A stretch of DNA of 64,000 bases, from the NCBI GenBank assembly GCA_934149275.1, contig CAKPEG010000008.1, positions 210 to 64,209 on the forward strand, read 5' to 3'. Every line of letters starts with the position of its first letter. Position 1 is the first letter of the stretch. The notes beneath the pieces are model-generated. The model made no database searches, had not been told where the DNA came from, and was given only the letters and a program-made list of their open reading frames with translations. A program made the position numbers and the translations under genes. Positions 46,161 through 56,513 of this stretch are shown here, piece by piece. The DNA comes from an uncultured Clostridia bacterium (GTDB taxonomy: Bacteria > Bacillota > Clostridia > TANB77 > CAG-508).

Positions 46161-46282
46161 ATGTAACATAGGATTAAAAAGATTTTTTATACTGACCCGC
46201 CAGTCTAATGATTTTAGTTTTGAATAATGGTATAAAAGGTATAGTGATTTTTGGGGAAGAATTTGAGAAAGGATTTTGTAAT

Positions 46283-48004
46283 ATGGCTGAGGGGTTGTAT
46301 GAATATATAGAGATTTCTGATTTGAAGGATATGCTTCAAAAGTCAGGTGATTTATATGGTGATAATATTGCTTATAAAATAAAGAGAAATGGTGAGTATA
46401 TAACTTTTTCTCATAAAGAGATTAGAAAAATGATTAATGGTTTAGGGACGTCTCTTATTAATATGGGGCTTAAAGGTAAACGAATTGCTGTTATTGGTGA
46501 GAATAGGTATGAATGGGAGATTGCATATTTGGCAATTGCGTGTGGTACTGGTATAGTTGTTCCTTTGGATAAATCTTTGCCTGAAAACGAGCTTAGAAAT
46601 TTAATTGAGCGTTCTGGCATTGAGGCAATTTTCTATACTAAAAAATATGAAGATTCTTTGATTAAGATGAAACATGAGTGCATTGGCAAATTAAAGCATT
46701 TAATAAATATGGATTTAGATATGCATACTGATGGTATATATTCTGAAATGGAGCTTGTTCAGTATGGAAAGAATTTAGTTGAGGATGGTAACAGAGATTT
46801 TGTTGATGCTAAGATAGATGCTGAGAAAATGGGTGTAATGTTGTTTACTTCTGGAACAACGTCTGCTTCTAAGATTGTTGCGTTATCTCATAAAAATATT
46901 TGTTCTAATTTGATGGATATTGCTTCTGTTTTAGATATTAATGATCAGGATGTGTTCTTATCTTTTTTGCCTTTGCATCATGTTTTTGAGTGTACTGTTG
47001 GATTTTTATTTTCTCTTTATAAAGGGGCTCAAACTGTTTTTGCAGATGGAATTAGGCACATTGTTGAGAATATGAATGAATATCATGTTACGGTTATGGC
47101 TTCTGTTCCTGCTATTTATGAAAGAATTTTTAAAATAATTTCTAAGCAATTGGAGAATAAAAATTTAAGAGAAAATATTCTTGAGCTAGAAGAGGAGCAT
47201 AAGGAATCTTCTATGGAAGAGAAAAAGAAAGTTTTTTCTGAAATACATGAGATGCTTGGCGGTAATGTTAGATTGTTGATCTCTGGTGCTGCTAGTTTAG
47301 ATCCTACAATTGAGGAAAAATATAGAAAATTGGGCTTGAATATGGTTCAAGGTTATGGCTTGACAGAGACGTCTCCTGTTGTTGCTGTTGGAAATAAGAT
47401 TTTTAATAGGGTTGGTTCTGTTGGAAAATCTGTTCCTCATGTGAAGGCTAAGATAGTTAATGCTGATAAGGATGGAATGGGAGAGCTTGTGGTTTCGGGG
47501 CCAAGTATTATGCTTGAATATTACCAAAATGAAGAAGCTACAAAAGATGCTTTACGTGATGGTTGGTTCTATACTGGAGATTTAGCAAAGATTGATGACG
47601 ATGGTTATATTTTTATTTGTGGCAGAAAAAAGAGTGTTATTGTTTTGAAGAATGGCAAAAATATTTTTCCAGAAGAAATGGAGAATTTACTAAATAGAAT
47701 TGAGGGTGTTGAAGAGTCTTTTGTTTATGGGATGCCTGTTTCAGAAGATCCTAATGATTTGAAGATTTTTGCTGAAGTAGTTTATAACGAGGATATTGTT
47801 ATGAAAGCATATAAGGTTGAAGATTTTGATGGTATATATGATGCAATTTTTCAAAAGGTTAAGGAGATTAATAAAACGATGCCACCTTACAAAGCGATTA
47901 GAGGTATTACATTAACTAAAGAAGCGCTAATAAAAACTACTACTGGAAAAATAAAAAGAAATGAAAATTTGAAAAAGGTTTTAAAAAATTATGAAGTTAA
48001 ATAA
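46283..48004 (+). CDS. Long-chain acyl-CoA synthetase (AMP-forming)
   Basis: AMP-binding motifs LFTSGTTSASK, GYGLTETSP, TGDLAKIDDDGY, GRKK. ATG 46283 is chosen over the track start at 46208. Confidence 0.85.
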   Translation: MAEGLYEYIEISDLKDMLQKSGDLYGDNIAYKIKRNGEYITFSHKEIRKMINGLGTSLINMGLKGKRIAVIGENRYEWEIAYLAIACGTGIVVPLDKSLPENELRNLIERSGIEAIFYTKKYEDSLIKMKHECIGKLKHLINMDLDMHTDGIYSEMELVQYGKNLVEDGNRDFVDAKIDAEKMGVMLFTSGTTSASKIVALSHKNICSNLMDIASVLDINDQDVFLSFLPLHHVFECTVGFLFSLYKGAQTVFADGIRHIVENMNEYHVTVMASVPAIYERIFKIISKQLENKNLRENILELEEEHKESSMEEKKKVFSEIHEMLGGNVRLLISGAASLDPTIEEKYRKLGLNMVQGYGLTETSPVVAVGNKIFNRVGSVGKSVPHVKAKIVNADKDGMGELVVSGPSIMLEYYQNEEATKDALRDGWFYTGDLAKIDDDGYIFICGRKKSVIVLKNGKNIFPEEMENLLNRIEGVEESFVYGMPVSEDPNDLKIFAEVVYNEDIVMKAYKVEDFDGIYDAIFQKVKEINKTMPPYKAIRGITLTKEALIKTTTGKIKRNENLKKVLKNYEVK

Positions 48005-48566
48005 TTTACATACTCAAGTGCTTGGAAAAAATTTTGAATATTATGAAAAGATTGATTCGACGCAAAAAGAAATTTGGTCAAGAGTTACAGAGAATAGAAT
48101 TGAAAATGGTACTGTTATTTGTGCTGGGGTTCAAGAGAGTGGTGTTGGAACTCATGGAAGAGTGTGGCACACTGATGAGAAGAATAATATTGCTTTTTCG
48201 TTTTATTTGAACTTGAATGTTGAAATTGAAAAGCTTGATGGAGTTACATTGGAGATTGCTGAGATTATAAGAAGTATTTTTGAAAAGGAATATAATATTT
48301 TACTAAAAATCAAAAAGCCAAATGATATTGTTTATAATCAGAAGAAAATTGGAGGAATCCTTACAGAGACAAAGTTAGTTGGTGAATGTGTGAGAGATTT
48401 GGTTGTTGGTATAGGAATAAATACGAATCAAACTGAGTTTGCTGATGAGATACATGATATTGCTACGTCTATAAAAAATGAGTTTGGTTTTAGTGTTGAC
48501 AATGAGAAAATAATTTCAGAATTTTGTAATTTATTTGAGAAGAAAGTTTATGAAAGGATTAAATAA
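47991..48566 (+). CDS. birA: Biotin--[acetyl-CoA-carboxylase] ligase, short form without HTH
   Basis: GVGTHGRVWHT (GRGRxW-type) motif and KPNDIV..KKIGGIL. Overlaps the preceding gene by 14 nt. Confidence 0.75.
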   Translation: MKLNNLHTQVLGKNFEYYEKIDSTQKEIWSRVTENRIENGTVICAGVQESGVGTHGRVWHTDEKNNIAFSFYLNLNVEIEKLDGVTLEIAEIIRSIFEKEYNILLKIKKPNDIVYNQKKIGGILTETKLVGECVRDLVVGIGINTNQTEFADEIHDIATSIKNEFGFSVDNEKIISEFCNLFEKKVYERIK

Positions 48567-49517
48567 ATGAAGATAGGATTTTTATTTCCTGGACAGGGTT
48601 CACAATCTGTTGGAATGGGAAAAGATATTTATGAAAAATATGAAGTAGCTAGAAAAGTGTATGATGAGGTTGAGAAAATTACTGGGATTGATGTGGCTGA
48701 TATTACTTTTAATCAACCTGCTGAGATTTTGAATCAGACTAAGTATACTCAAATATGTATTTTAACAATGAGTTTAGCGATTTTGAATGTTTTAAAAGAC
48801 AAGAATATAAAAGCTGAGGATTCTGCTGGTTTGAGCTTAGGAGAATATGCTTCATTAATTTATAGTGGTGCTCTTTCGTTTGAGGATGGAATATCAATAG
48901 TTAAAAAAAGAGGAGAATATATGCAGAATTTATTGCCAGAGGGCGATTGGAAAATGGCTGCTGTGTTGGGATTGGATGAAAAAAGTGTTATTTCTGCTTG
49001 TAATAGTGTAAAAAGTGGTTTTGTTGTTCCAGTAAACTTTAATACAATTGGACAAATTGTTGTGTCTGGCGATGCAGAAGGTATTAGTGAGCTACAAAAA
49101 GTTGCTACTGAATATGGTGCTAAAAAGGTTAGAGTTTTAAATACTGCTGGTCCTTTTCATACGGAAAAATTAATAGATGCTTCAAATGCTTTGAGAAAAG
49201 ATTTGAAAAAGATAAAATTTCATGAGTTTAATTCTAATGCTTTTAAGAATTTAGATGGAACTGAATATAAAAGCAATGACAACATGTCTGATATTTTAGC
49301 TAGGCATATTGTTAATCCAGTTAAATTTTCAGATGTGCTAAAAAATATGTATGCTGATGGAGTGGATACATTTATTGAAATAGGTCCTGGTAAAACATTA
49401 TCTGGATTTGTTAAGAGAATGGAATTTGAAAGACCTGTTTATATTTTTAATATAAATAATGTTGATTCTTTGGGATTTACAATTGATAGTTTGAAAAAGA
49501 ATATGGAGGTGTTTTAG
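48567..49517 (+). CDS. fabD: Malonyl CoA-ACP transacylase
   Basis: FPGQGSQ and GLSLGEY active-site motifs. Confidence 0.9.
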   Translation: MKIGFLFPGQGSQSVGMGKDIYEKYEVARKVYDEVEKITGIDVADITFNQPAEILNQTKYTQICILTMSLAILNVLKDKNIKAEDSAGLSLGEYASLIYSGALSFEDGISIVKKRGEYMQNLLPEGDWKMAAVLGLDEKSVISACNSVKSGFVVPVNFNTIGQIVVSGDAEGISELQKVATEYGAKKVRVLNTAGPFHTEKLIDASNALRKDLKKIKFHEFNSNAFKNLDGTEYKSNDNMSDILARHIVNPVKFSDVLKNMYADGVDTFIEIGPGKTLSGFVKRMEFERPVYIFNINNVDSLGFTIDSLKKNMEVF

Positions 49518-49518
49518 T

Positions 49519-50250
49519 ATGGCTAAAGTTGCTTTGATTACAGGTGCTACAAGAGGAATTGGTAAAGCAATTGCTATTAGGTTGGCTAATGCTGGTTTTG
49601 ATATTGCTTTGAATTACAGAAAAGAAAATGATGAGTTGATCAATACAAAATCAGAAATTGAGAAAACTGGAGTGAATTGTTTACCTGTTCAAGGAGATGT
49701 TTCTTCTTTTGAGGATTGCGAGAGAATTGCAAAAGAAATATTTGATAAGTTCGGTGAAATTGATGTTTTAGTTAATAATGCAGGCATCACAAAAGATATG
49801 TTGCTTATGAGAATGAAGCCGGAAGATTTTTCAAGTGTTGTTGATGTTAATTTAATTGGTACTTTCAATATGACAAGAAACGTTGTTCCATATATGGTTA
49901 AAGCTAGATCTGGTAAAATTGTTAATATTTCTTCTGTTGTTGGAATAGAAGGAAATGCAGGACAAGCTAATTATGCTGCTTCTAAGGCTGGTATTATTGG
50001 TTTTACTAAGAGTTTGGCAAGGGAACTTGGTTCTAGAAATATTTTAGTAAATGCTGTTGCACCTGGTTTTATTGAAACAGATATGACGGCTGTTTTGAGC
50101 GATTCTGTTAGAGATGAAATTGCTAAGAAAATATCGTTGAGAAGAATGGGTTCAGCTGAGGATGTAGCTGGTGTTGTGGAGTTTTTATGCAGTGATGCTT
50201 CAAGTTATGTAACTGGGACAGTTATTCCAGTTACAGGAGGATTAATTTAA
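49519..50250 (+). CDS. fabG: 3-oxoacyl-ACP reductase
   Basis: SDR motifs TGATRGIG, NNAG and YAASKAG. Confidence 0.9.
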   Translation: MAKVALITGATRGIGKAIAIRLANAGFDIALNYRKENDELINTKSEIEKTGVNCLPVQGDVSSFEDCERIAKEIFDKFGEIDVLVNNAGITKDMLLMRMKPEDFSSVVDVNLIGTFNMTRNVVPYMVKARSGKIVNISSVVGIEGNAGQANYAASKAGIIGFTKSLARELGSRNILVNAVAPGFIETDMTAVLSDSVRDEIAKKISLRRMGSAEDVAGVVEFLCSDASSYVTGTVIPVTGGLI

Positions 50251-50291
50251 TTAATAAATTGTTTAAAAATAAATTGTGAAAGGTGAGTGCT

Positions 50292-51530
50292 ATGAGTAAT
50301 AGACGAGTTGTTGTTACAGGATTAGGTTGTATAACTCCTATCGGAAAAAATGTCGAAGAGACTTGGAATGGAATTGAAAATGGAGTTTGTGGTGTTGATA
50401 CTATGAAGTTAGTTAATCCAGAAACTTTTAAAACCAAGATGGATGCTGAAGTTAAGGATTATAATCCACATGATTATTTTGATGTGAAACAGGCTAGACG
50501 TTTGGATAGGTCTTCTCAATTTGCTTTGATTGCTGCTAGAGAAGCGTTTGCCGATTCTGGTATTTCTGAGGAGAATACGGATTTTAATAATGTTGGTATT
50601 TTTGTTAGTTCAGGTATTGGAGGATTGATTACAATTCAAAACCAATGTGAGGTTAATTTGGAGAAGGGACATAATAGAATTTCACCTATGTTTATTCCTA
50701 TGTCTATTGCTAATATGCCTGCTGGAAATATTGCTATTGAACTTGGAATTAAGGGTGAATCTGTTTCTATTGTTACAGCGTGTGCATCTTCTACTCATGC
50801 TATAGGTGAGGCTTATAGAACTATTAAACATGGTTATGAAGATGTAATTTTAGCTGGTGGTACTGAAGCTTCTATTTGTGAAGTTGGTATTGGAGGTTTT
50901 GAAAACATGAAAGCTCTTTCTAGTGCTACTGGTAAAAACAGAGCGAGTATTCCATTTGATAAGGAGAGATCTGGTTTTGTAATGGGTGAAGGTTCTGGAA
51001 TTTTAGTTCTTGAGGAATATGAGCATGCTAAAAAAAGAGGTGCTAAAATTTATGGTGAAGTGATTGGGTATGGCGCTACTTCTGATGCTTATCATATTAC
51101 ATCTCCTTGCCCTGATGGAGCAGGAGCTGTAAATGCTATGAATAGAGCAATTAAAGATGCTGGTATTTGTGCTAATGATATTGATTACATAAATGCTCAT
51201 GGAACTTCTACTCATTTGAATGATTCTTGTGAAACTATGGCTATTAAAAAGGTTATGGGAGAAGATTGGAATAATGTTTTAGTTAGTTCTACTAAAGGAA
51301 ATACAGGACATTTACTTGGCGCTGCGGGTGGCGTTGAGGCTATTATTTGCTCTAAGGCTTTAGAAAATGGAATTGTTCCACCAACAATTAATTATAAAGT
51401 ACCGGATTCAGAATGTGATTTAAATATTGTTCAGAATGAGATTATAAAAAAAGATTTAAATGTAGTTATGTCTAATTCTTTAGGGTTTGGTGGGCATAAT
51501 GCAAGTATTATATTTAGAAAAATGAATTAA
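50292..51530 (+). CDS. fabF: 3-oxoacyl-ACP synthase II
   Basis: Active-site TACASS; HGTSTHLND; GHLLGAAGG. ATG 50292 follows AAAGGTGAG. Confidence 0.9.
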   Translation: MSNRRVVVTGLGCITPIGKNVEETWNGIENGVCGVDTMKLVNPETFKTKMDAEVKDYNPHDYFDVKQARRLDRSSQFALIAAREAFADSGISEENTDFNNVGIFVSSGIGGLITIQNQCEVNLEKGHNRISPMFIPMSIANMPAGNIAIELGIKGESVSIVTACASSTHAIGEAYRTIKHGYEDVILAGGTEASICEVGIGGFENMKALSSATGKNRASIPFDKERSGFVMGEGSGILVLEEYEHAKKRGAKIYGEVIGYGATSDAYHITSPCPDGAGAVNAMNRAIKDAGICANDIDYINAHGTSTHLNDSCETMAIKKVMGEDWNNVLVSSTKGNTGHLLGAAGGVEAIICSKALENGIVPPTINYKVPDSECDLNIVQNEIIKKDLNVVMSNSLGFGGHNASIIFRKMN

Positions 51531-51547
51531 TTATGAGGTGAATTAAA

Positions 51548-51985
51548 ATGGAGTATGAGAAAATTAAACAATTAATGGATGATATGGGAAACTCAAAATT
51601 ATCTTCTATTGATATTGATTTTCCTGATGGTACAAAGATTAGTATGAAGAAAAATGAAAATGTTGAAATATCAACCAAAGTAATGAAATCTTCTAGTCAA
51701 GATGTTAAGAAGGAGGAGCCTGAGTTAGAGCAACCAAGTAATGAAAATACAGGAAAAATTGTAAAATCTCCTATGGTTGGTACTTTTTATATCAAACCTA
51801 ATCCAAGTGCTAATCCTTATGTTGAGGTCGGAAAGAAGGTTAAAAAGGGAGATGTGCTTTGCATTATAGAGGCTATGAAACTTATGAATGAAATTGAATC
51901 AGAGTTTGATGGTGAGGTTGCAGAGATTTTTATAAAAGATGGTGAAGCTGTTGAATATGGGAAAGCTTTATTTAGAATTATATAG
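51548..51985 (+). CDS. accB: Biotin carboxyl carrier protein
   Basis: Biotinyl-lysine motif EAMKLMNEI in the C-terminal lipoyl-like domain. Confidence 0.9.
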   Translation: MEYEKIKQLMDDMGNSKLSSIDIDFPDGTKISMKKNENVEISTKVMKSSSQDVKKEEPELEQPSNENTGKIVKSPMVGTFYIKPNPSANPYVEVGKKVKKGDVLCIIEAMKLMNEIESEFDGEVAEIFIKDGEAVEYGKALFRII

Positions 51986-51997
51986 ATTAACAATTAT

Positions 51998-52166
51998 GTC
52001 AGAAATATAAAAATAAATTTTATTTTGGCTCGTTTCGTGGTTTAGAAATTCTAAGAAAAATCAATCAGCGCCCTCAATCCTGTGAGATTCCCTAATTGAT
52101 TTTTCTAAGATTTTCTACTACCATCTCTCACGTCGCAATCATAAATTTTATTTTTATATTTCTGAC
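51998..52166. repeat. Long imperfect palindrome LIR-C (169 bp)
   Basis: A 20-bp perfect outer stem GTCAGAAATATAAAAATAAA/TTTATTTTTATATTTCTGAC. Inner stem CTAAGAAAAATCAATCAG/CTAATTGATTTTTCTAAG with two mismatches. Ends resemble LIR-A/B. Confidence 0.65.
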
Positions 52167-52202
52167 GTAAAGGATAATGAAATAAGTAAAAAGGAGTAAA
52201 GT

Positions 52203-52625
52203 ATGTTAAATAAAAATGAGATAAAACAAATCATACCTCAAAGAGAACCTTTTTTGATGATTGATGAAGTTGAAGAATATGTACCTGGCGAATCAGCTAT
52301 TGCATACAAACATGTAAGTGAAGATGAATGGTATTTTAAAGGTCATTTTCCTGGAAATCCAATAATGCCTGGGGTTTTAATTACTGAAAGTTTAGCCCAA
52401 ACAGGAGCTATTGCAATATTGAGTTTAGAAGCAAATAAAGGTAGAAATGCTTTATTTGCTGGAATTGATAAGATGCGTTTTAAAAAGCAAGTTGTTCCTG
52501 GGGATGTTTTAAAATTAGAAGTAAAAATCATAAAACAAAAAGGTCCAATTGGTGTTGGAGAGGCTTTAGCAACTTGCGATGGAAAAATTGTTGCTAAAGG
52601 TGAACTTACTTTTGCAATTGTTTAA
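52203..52625 (+). CDS. fabZ: 3-hydroxyacyl-ACP dehydratase
   Basis: FKGHFPGNPIMPGVL hot-dog active-site motif. Confidence 0.9.
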   Translation: MLNKNEIKQIIPQREPFLMIDEVEEYVPGESAIAYKHVSEDEWYFKGHFPGNPIMPGVLITESLAQTGAIAILSLEANKGRNALFAGIDKMRFKKQVVPGDVLKLEVKIIKQKGPIGVGEALATCDGKIVAKGELTFAIV

Positions 52626-52640
52626 AAAGGAGATTTTATA

Positions 52641-53984
52641 ATGAATAAAATATTAATTGCCAATAGAGGTGAAATTGCAGTTAGAGTAATACGTGCATGT
52701 AAAGAGATGAATATTAAAACTGTTGCTGTTTATTCTGAGGCTGACAAAGATGCTATGCATACTCATTTAGCAGATGAGGCTGTGTGTATCGGCCCTGCAA
52801 ATTCTACCAAAAGTTATTTGAATTGTAAAAATATTATTGAAGCAGCTAATATTACTGGAAGTGATAGTATTCATCCTGGGTTCGGTTTTTTATCAGAAAA
52901 TAGTCAGTTTGCCCAAATGTGTGAAGAATCTAATATTAAGTTTATTGGTCCTTCTCATAAGGTTATTGAATTTATGGGAAACAAGTCTAATGCTAAAGAA
53001 TTTATGAAGAATGCGGGAATTCCTGTTATTCCTGGTTCGGATGGAAGCATAAAAGGATTAAAAGATGCACTTGCAGTTGCGGAAAGAATAGGGTATCCGG
53101 TTATGTTGAAGGCTGCTGCAGGTGGTGGCGGAAAAGGAATTCGTGTTGCAAATTCACCTGAGGAATTAGAGAAAAATTATAATATTGTAAAGCAAGAGGC
53201 AAAAATTTCTTTTAATGATGATGAAATTTATATAGAGAAATTTATTAAAAATCCAAGACATGTTGAGATTCAAATATTAGCTGATGAGCATGGAAATGTT
53301 ATTCATTTGGGTGAAAGGGATTGCTCAATTCAAAGAAGAAATCAAAAGGTAATTGAGGAAACACCTTCAACTATTGTTGATGAAAAGCTGAGAAATAAAA
53401 TGGGAGAAACTGCCGTGAAGGCTGCTAAATTGGCTGGATATAGTAGTTGTGGAACTGTTGAATTTCTTGTAGATGATGATAAGAAATTTTATTTTATGGA
53501 AATGAATACAAGAATTCAGGTGGAGCATCCGATTACTGAGATGAGAACAGGTATTGATATTGTTAAACAGCAAATAAAGATTGCTGGTGGTGAACAATTG
53601 AAATTAAAACAAAAGGATGTTGAGTTTAGAGGGCATAGTATAGAATGTAGGATTAATGCTGAAAATCCTTCTAAAAATTTTATGCCTTGTCCTGGTAAGA
53701 TAACTGGTTTGAATTTTCCAGGTGGTAAGGGAATCAGAATTGATTCAGCAATTTATGAGGGATATACTATTCCTCCAAATTATGATTCTATGATTGCAAA
53801 AATTATTGCTTTTGGTGATACAAGAAATGAAGCAATCAGCAAAATGAAAAGAGCTCTTGAGGAAATTGTTATTGAGGGAGTGGATACTAATATTGATTTT
53901 TTATTTCAGATTATAAAAAATCAGGATTTCATTAGAGGAAAGTTTGACACATCATTTATTGAAAAAGAAATTTTAAATAAATAA
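52641..53984 (+). CDS. accC: Biotin carboxylase
   Basis: ATP-grasp with the GGGGKGIRV glycine loop and EMNTRIQVEHP. Confidence 0.9.
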   Translation: MNKILIANRGEIAVRVIRACKEMNIKTVAVYSEADKDAMHTHLADEAVCIGPANSTKSYLNCKNIIEAANITGSDSIHPGFGFLSENSQFAQMCEESNIKFIGPSHKVIEFMGNKSNAKEFMKNAGIPVIPGSDGSIKGLKDALAVAERIGYPVMLKAAAGGGGKGIRVANSPEELEKNYNIVKQEAKISFNDDEIYIEKFIKNPRHVEIQILADEHGNVIHLGERDCSIQRRNQKVIEETPSTIVDEKLRNKMGETAVKAAKLAGYSSCGTVEFLVDDDKKFYFMEMNTRIQVEHPITEMRTGIDIVKQQIKIAGGEQLKLKQKDVEFRGHSIECRINAENPSKNFMPCPGKITGLNFPGGKGIRIDSAIYEGYTIPPNYDSMIAKIIAFGDTRNEAISKMKRALEEIVIEGVDTNIDFLFQIIKNQDFIRGKFDTSFIEKEILNK

Positions 53985-53989
53985 TAACT

Positions 53990-54037
53990 AGTTTCTAAAA
54001 TGTTATTTTTAATGTGCTTTGTAGCATTTTAGAAACT
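53990..54037 (+). other. Perfect 13-bp stem-loop between accC and accD
   Basis: AGTTTCTAAAATG (53990-54002) pairs with CATTTTAGAAACT (54025-54037) around a 22-nt loop. Confidence 0.6.
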
Positions 54038-54073
54038 GTATTATACATTAGCTTTTTTAGGAGTGTAAAAATT

Positions 54074-54922
54074 ATGATTGTTGATAAGATGAAGAAAAGA
54101 CCACCTACTGCGAAGAATATAAAGTCTAAAATAGATATTCCTGTTGGTAAATGGGTTAAATGTGATAAATGTAAAGAAATTGTTTATAAAGAAACTGTAA
54201 GAGAGAATATGAGTATTTGTCCTAATTGTGGTGCTTATTTTAGAATGCATATTAATAAAAGACTTGAAACAATTCTCGATGAGGGATCTTATAAAAAGTT
54301 CGATTTAAATATTGATAATGTTAATCCATTGAATTTAGATGGCTATGAACAGAAAATAAAAACTTTACGAGCTAAAACTGGAATTCAGGAGGCTGTTAGT
54401 GCAGGAATAGGAAAGATTAATGGTGAAGATGTTGTAATATGTGTAATGGATAGTGGATTTTTAATGGGAAGCATGGGAAGTGTAGTTGGTGAAAAGATTA
54501 CATATTCTATGGAGAAAGCTATTGAATTGGGTATTCCATTTATAATTTTTTGCACATCAGGTGGTGCTAGAATGCAGGAAGGAATTATTTCTTTAATGCA
54601 AATGGCGAAAACTACTGCAGCTGTTGCAAAATTGAATAAAGCTGGCATTTTGTATATTTCTGTATTGACTGATCCAACTTATGGTGGTGTTACTGCTTCT
54701 TTTGCTAGCATTGCTGATATTGTTTTGGCTGAGCCTGGTGCAATGATTGGTTTTGCAGGACAAAGGGTAATAAAACAAACGATTGGACAAGAGTTGCCAG
54801 AAGGCTTTCAAACTTCAGAATTTTTACTAGAACATGGTTTTATAGATGAAATAGTTGAAAGAAAAGATATGAAAAGTATGTTATATAAATTGGTTAAATT
54901 TCATAAAAGGAGTGATGTTTAA
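54074..54922 (+). CDS. accD: Acetyl-CoA carboxylase carboxyltransferase beta subunit
   Basis: N-terminal zinc ribbon (CDKCKE...CPNCG) and carboxyltransferase domain. ATG 54074 follows TAGGAGTG; the track start at 54014 runs through the hairpin. Confidence 0.85.
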   Translation: MIVDKMKKRPPTAKNIKSKIDIPVGKWVKCDKCKEIVYKETVRENMSICPNCGAYFRMHINKRLETILDEGSYKKFDLNIDNVNPLNLDGYEQKIKTLRAKTGIQEAVSAGIGKINGEDVVICVMDSGFLMGSMGSVVGEKITYSMEKAIELGIPFIIFCTSGGARMQEGIISLMQMAKTTAAVAKLNKAGILYISVLTDPTYGGVTASFASIADIVLAEPGAMIGFAGQRVIKQTIGQELPEGFQTSEFLLEHGFIDEIVERKDMKSMLYKLVKFHKRSDV

Positions 54923-55704
54923 TGAAAAAAGTTACTGCATGGGAAAGGGTTGAAATTGCTAGGTCACCTAATCGAAAAACATCTCTTGATTATATTGATG
55001 AAATTTTTGATGAGTTTATTGAATTGCATGGCGATAGAATGGGATATGATGACAAGTCAATTGTGTGTGGTATTGCTAGAATAGGTAATCAAAGTTTTAC
55101 AATTATTGCTGAACAGAAAGGTAGAAATACTAAGGAGAATATTGAAAGAAATTTTGGAATGCCTAATCCTGAAAGTTATAGAAAGGCTATAAGATTTATG
55201 AAACAGGCAGAAAAGTTTCATAGACCTGTTATAACTTTTATTGATACTAAAGGTGCGTATCCTGGAATTGAGGCTGAGGAAAAAGGCCAAGGTGAAGCAA
55301 TTGCTAGTTCTATGCTTGAAATGGCTGGACTTAGGGTTCCAATTATTTCTATTGTCATAGGTGAAGGTTCAAGTGGTGGCGCTTTAGCTATTGGTGTAGG
55401 AAATAGAGTTTTTATGTTAGAAAATGCAATTTATTCGATTCTTTCGCCAGAGGGATATGCTAGTATTCTATGGAAGGATTCTTCAAAGGCTAAGGAAGCT
55501 GCTGAAAAAATGAAACTTACTGCTTATGATTTATATGATTTAAAGGTTATTGATAAAATAATTGAAGAGTCTGATGAAACAGCAAATACTTTAAAGTGTG
55601 AGATTTGCAAGGCTATAGATGAGTTGTTGCAATTATCTGATGAGGAGCTTGTTGAAGATAGATATGCTAAGTTTAGGAATATGGGTGAGTATAAGAAGGT
55701 TTAA
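54922..55704 (+). CDS. accA: Acetyl-CoA carboxylase carboxyltransferase alpha subunit
   Basis: Start overlaps the accD stop. [10 protein letters not shown] and [10 protein letters not shown] motifs. Confidence 0.85.
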   Translation: MKKVTAWERVEIARSPNRKTSLDYIDEIFDEFIELHGDRMGYDDKSIVCGIARIGNQSFTIIAEQKGRNTKENIERNFGMPNPESYRKAIRFMKQAEKFHRPVITFIDTKGAYPGIEAEEKGQGEAIASSMLEMAGLRVPIISIVIGEGSSGGALAIGVGNRVFMLENAIYSILSPEGYASILWKDSSKAKEAAEKMKLTAYDLYDLKVIDKIIEESDETANTLKCEICKAIDELLQLSDEELVEDRYAKFRNMGEYKKV

Positions 55705-55739
55705 TATTAATTATAATGATTGAAAGGTTGGATTTTGAT

Positions 55740-56513
55740 ATGTTATTAGAAAATAAAAAAATATTAATAATGGGAATTAGGAATAAGTGGAGCATTGCGT
55801 ATGGAATTGCAAAGTCTGCTTATGAAAATGGGGCAAAATTGATTTTTACTTTTATGGGTGAGGATAATAGAAAGAAAATTGAAGAATTGGTTTCTGATTT
55901 TGCTGGAAGTAAGTGCTATTGTTTGAACGGTGCTTCTGAAGATGAATTGGTTGAAAAATGTTTCAAAAAAATTAAAGAGGAAAATGGTAAAGTTGATGGA
56001 ATTGTTCATGCGATTGCACATGCAAATACAGAAGATTTACACAATGATTTTATTTATACAAGTAAAGAGGGATTTGCACATGCTTGTGATGTAAGTAGTT
56101 ATTCATTTGTGCTTGTAGCTAGAATGGCTAAACAAATGGATTTGTTAAATGAAAATGCTAGTTTAGTTACTTTAACTTACCACGGTTCTACTAAAGTTTT
56201 AGAAGGGTATAATGTTATGGGTGTTGCTAAAGCTGCGTTAGAGACGAGTGTTAGATATTTAGCTGAAAATCTTGGTAAGGAAGGTGTTCGTGTGAATGCT
56301 GTTTCTGCTGGACCTATTAAAACTTTATCTGCTAAGGGAATAAAAGATTTTGGAAGTATTTTAAATATTGTTGAGGAAAAGGCACCATTACATAAAAATG
56401 TTACTACTAGTCAAGTTGGGGATGTCGCAACGTTTTTATTATCTGGTATGTCAAGCTGTGTTACGGGACATGTACTTTATGCTGATAATGGTTATAACAT
56501 AATGGGAGTTTAG
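55740..56513 (+). CDS. fabI: Enoyl-ACP reductase FabI
   Basis: FabI-type SDR (ILIMGIRNKWSIAYGIA, Y-x6-K in YNVMGVAKAAL). ATG 55740 follows GAAAGG. Confidence 0.8.
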   Translation: MLLENKKILIMGIRNKWSIAYGIAKSAYENGAKLIFTFMGEDNRKKIEELVSDFAGSKCYCLNGASEDELVEKCFKKIKEENGKVDGIVHAIAHANTEDLHNDFIYTSKEGFAHACDVSSYSFVLVARMAKQMDLLNENASLVTLTYHGSTKVLEGYNVMGVAKAALETSVRYLAENLGKEGVRVNAVSAGPIKTLSAKGIKDFGSILNIVEEKAPLHKNVTTSQVGDVATFLLSGMSSCVTGHVLYADNGYNIMGV

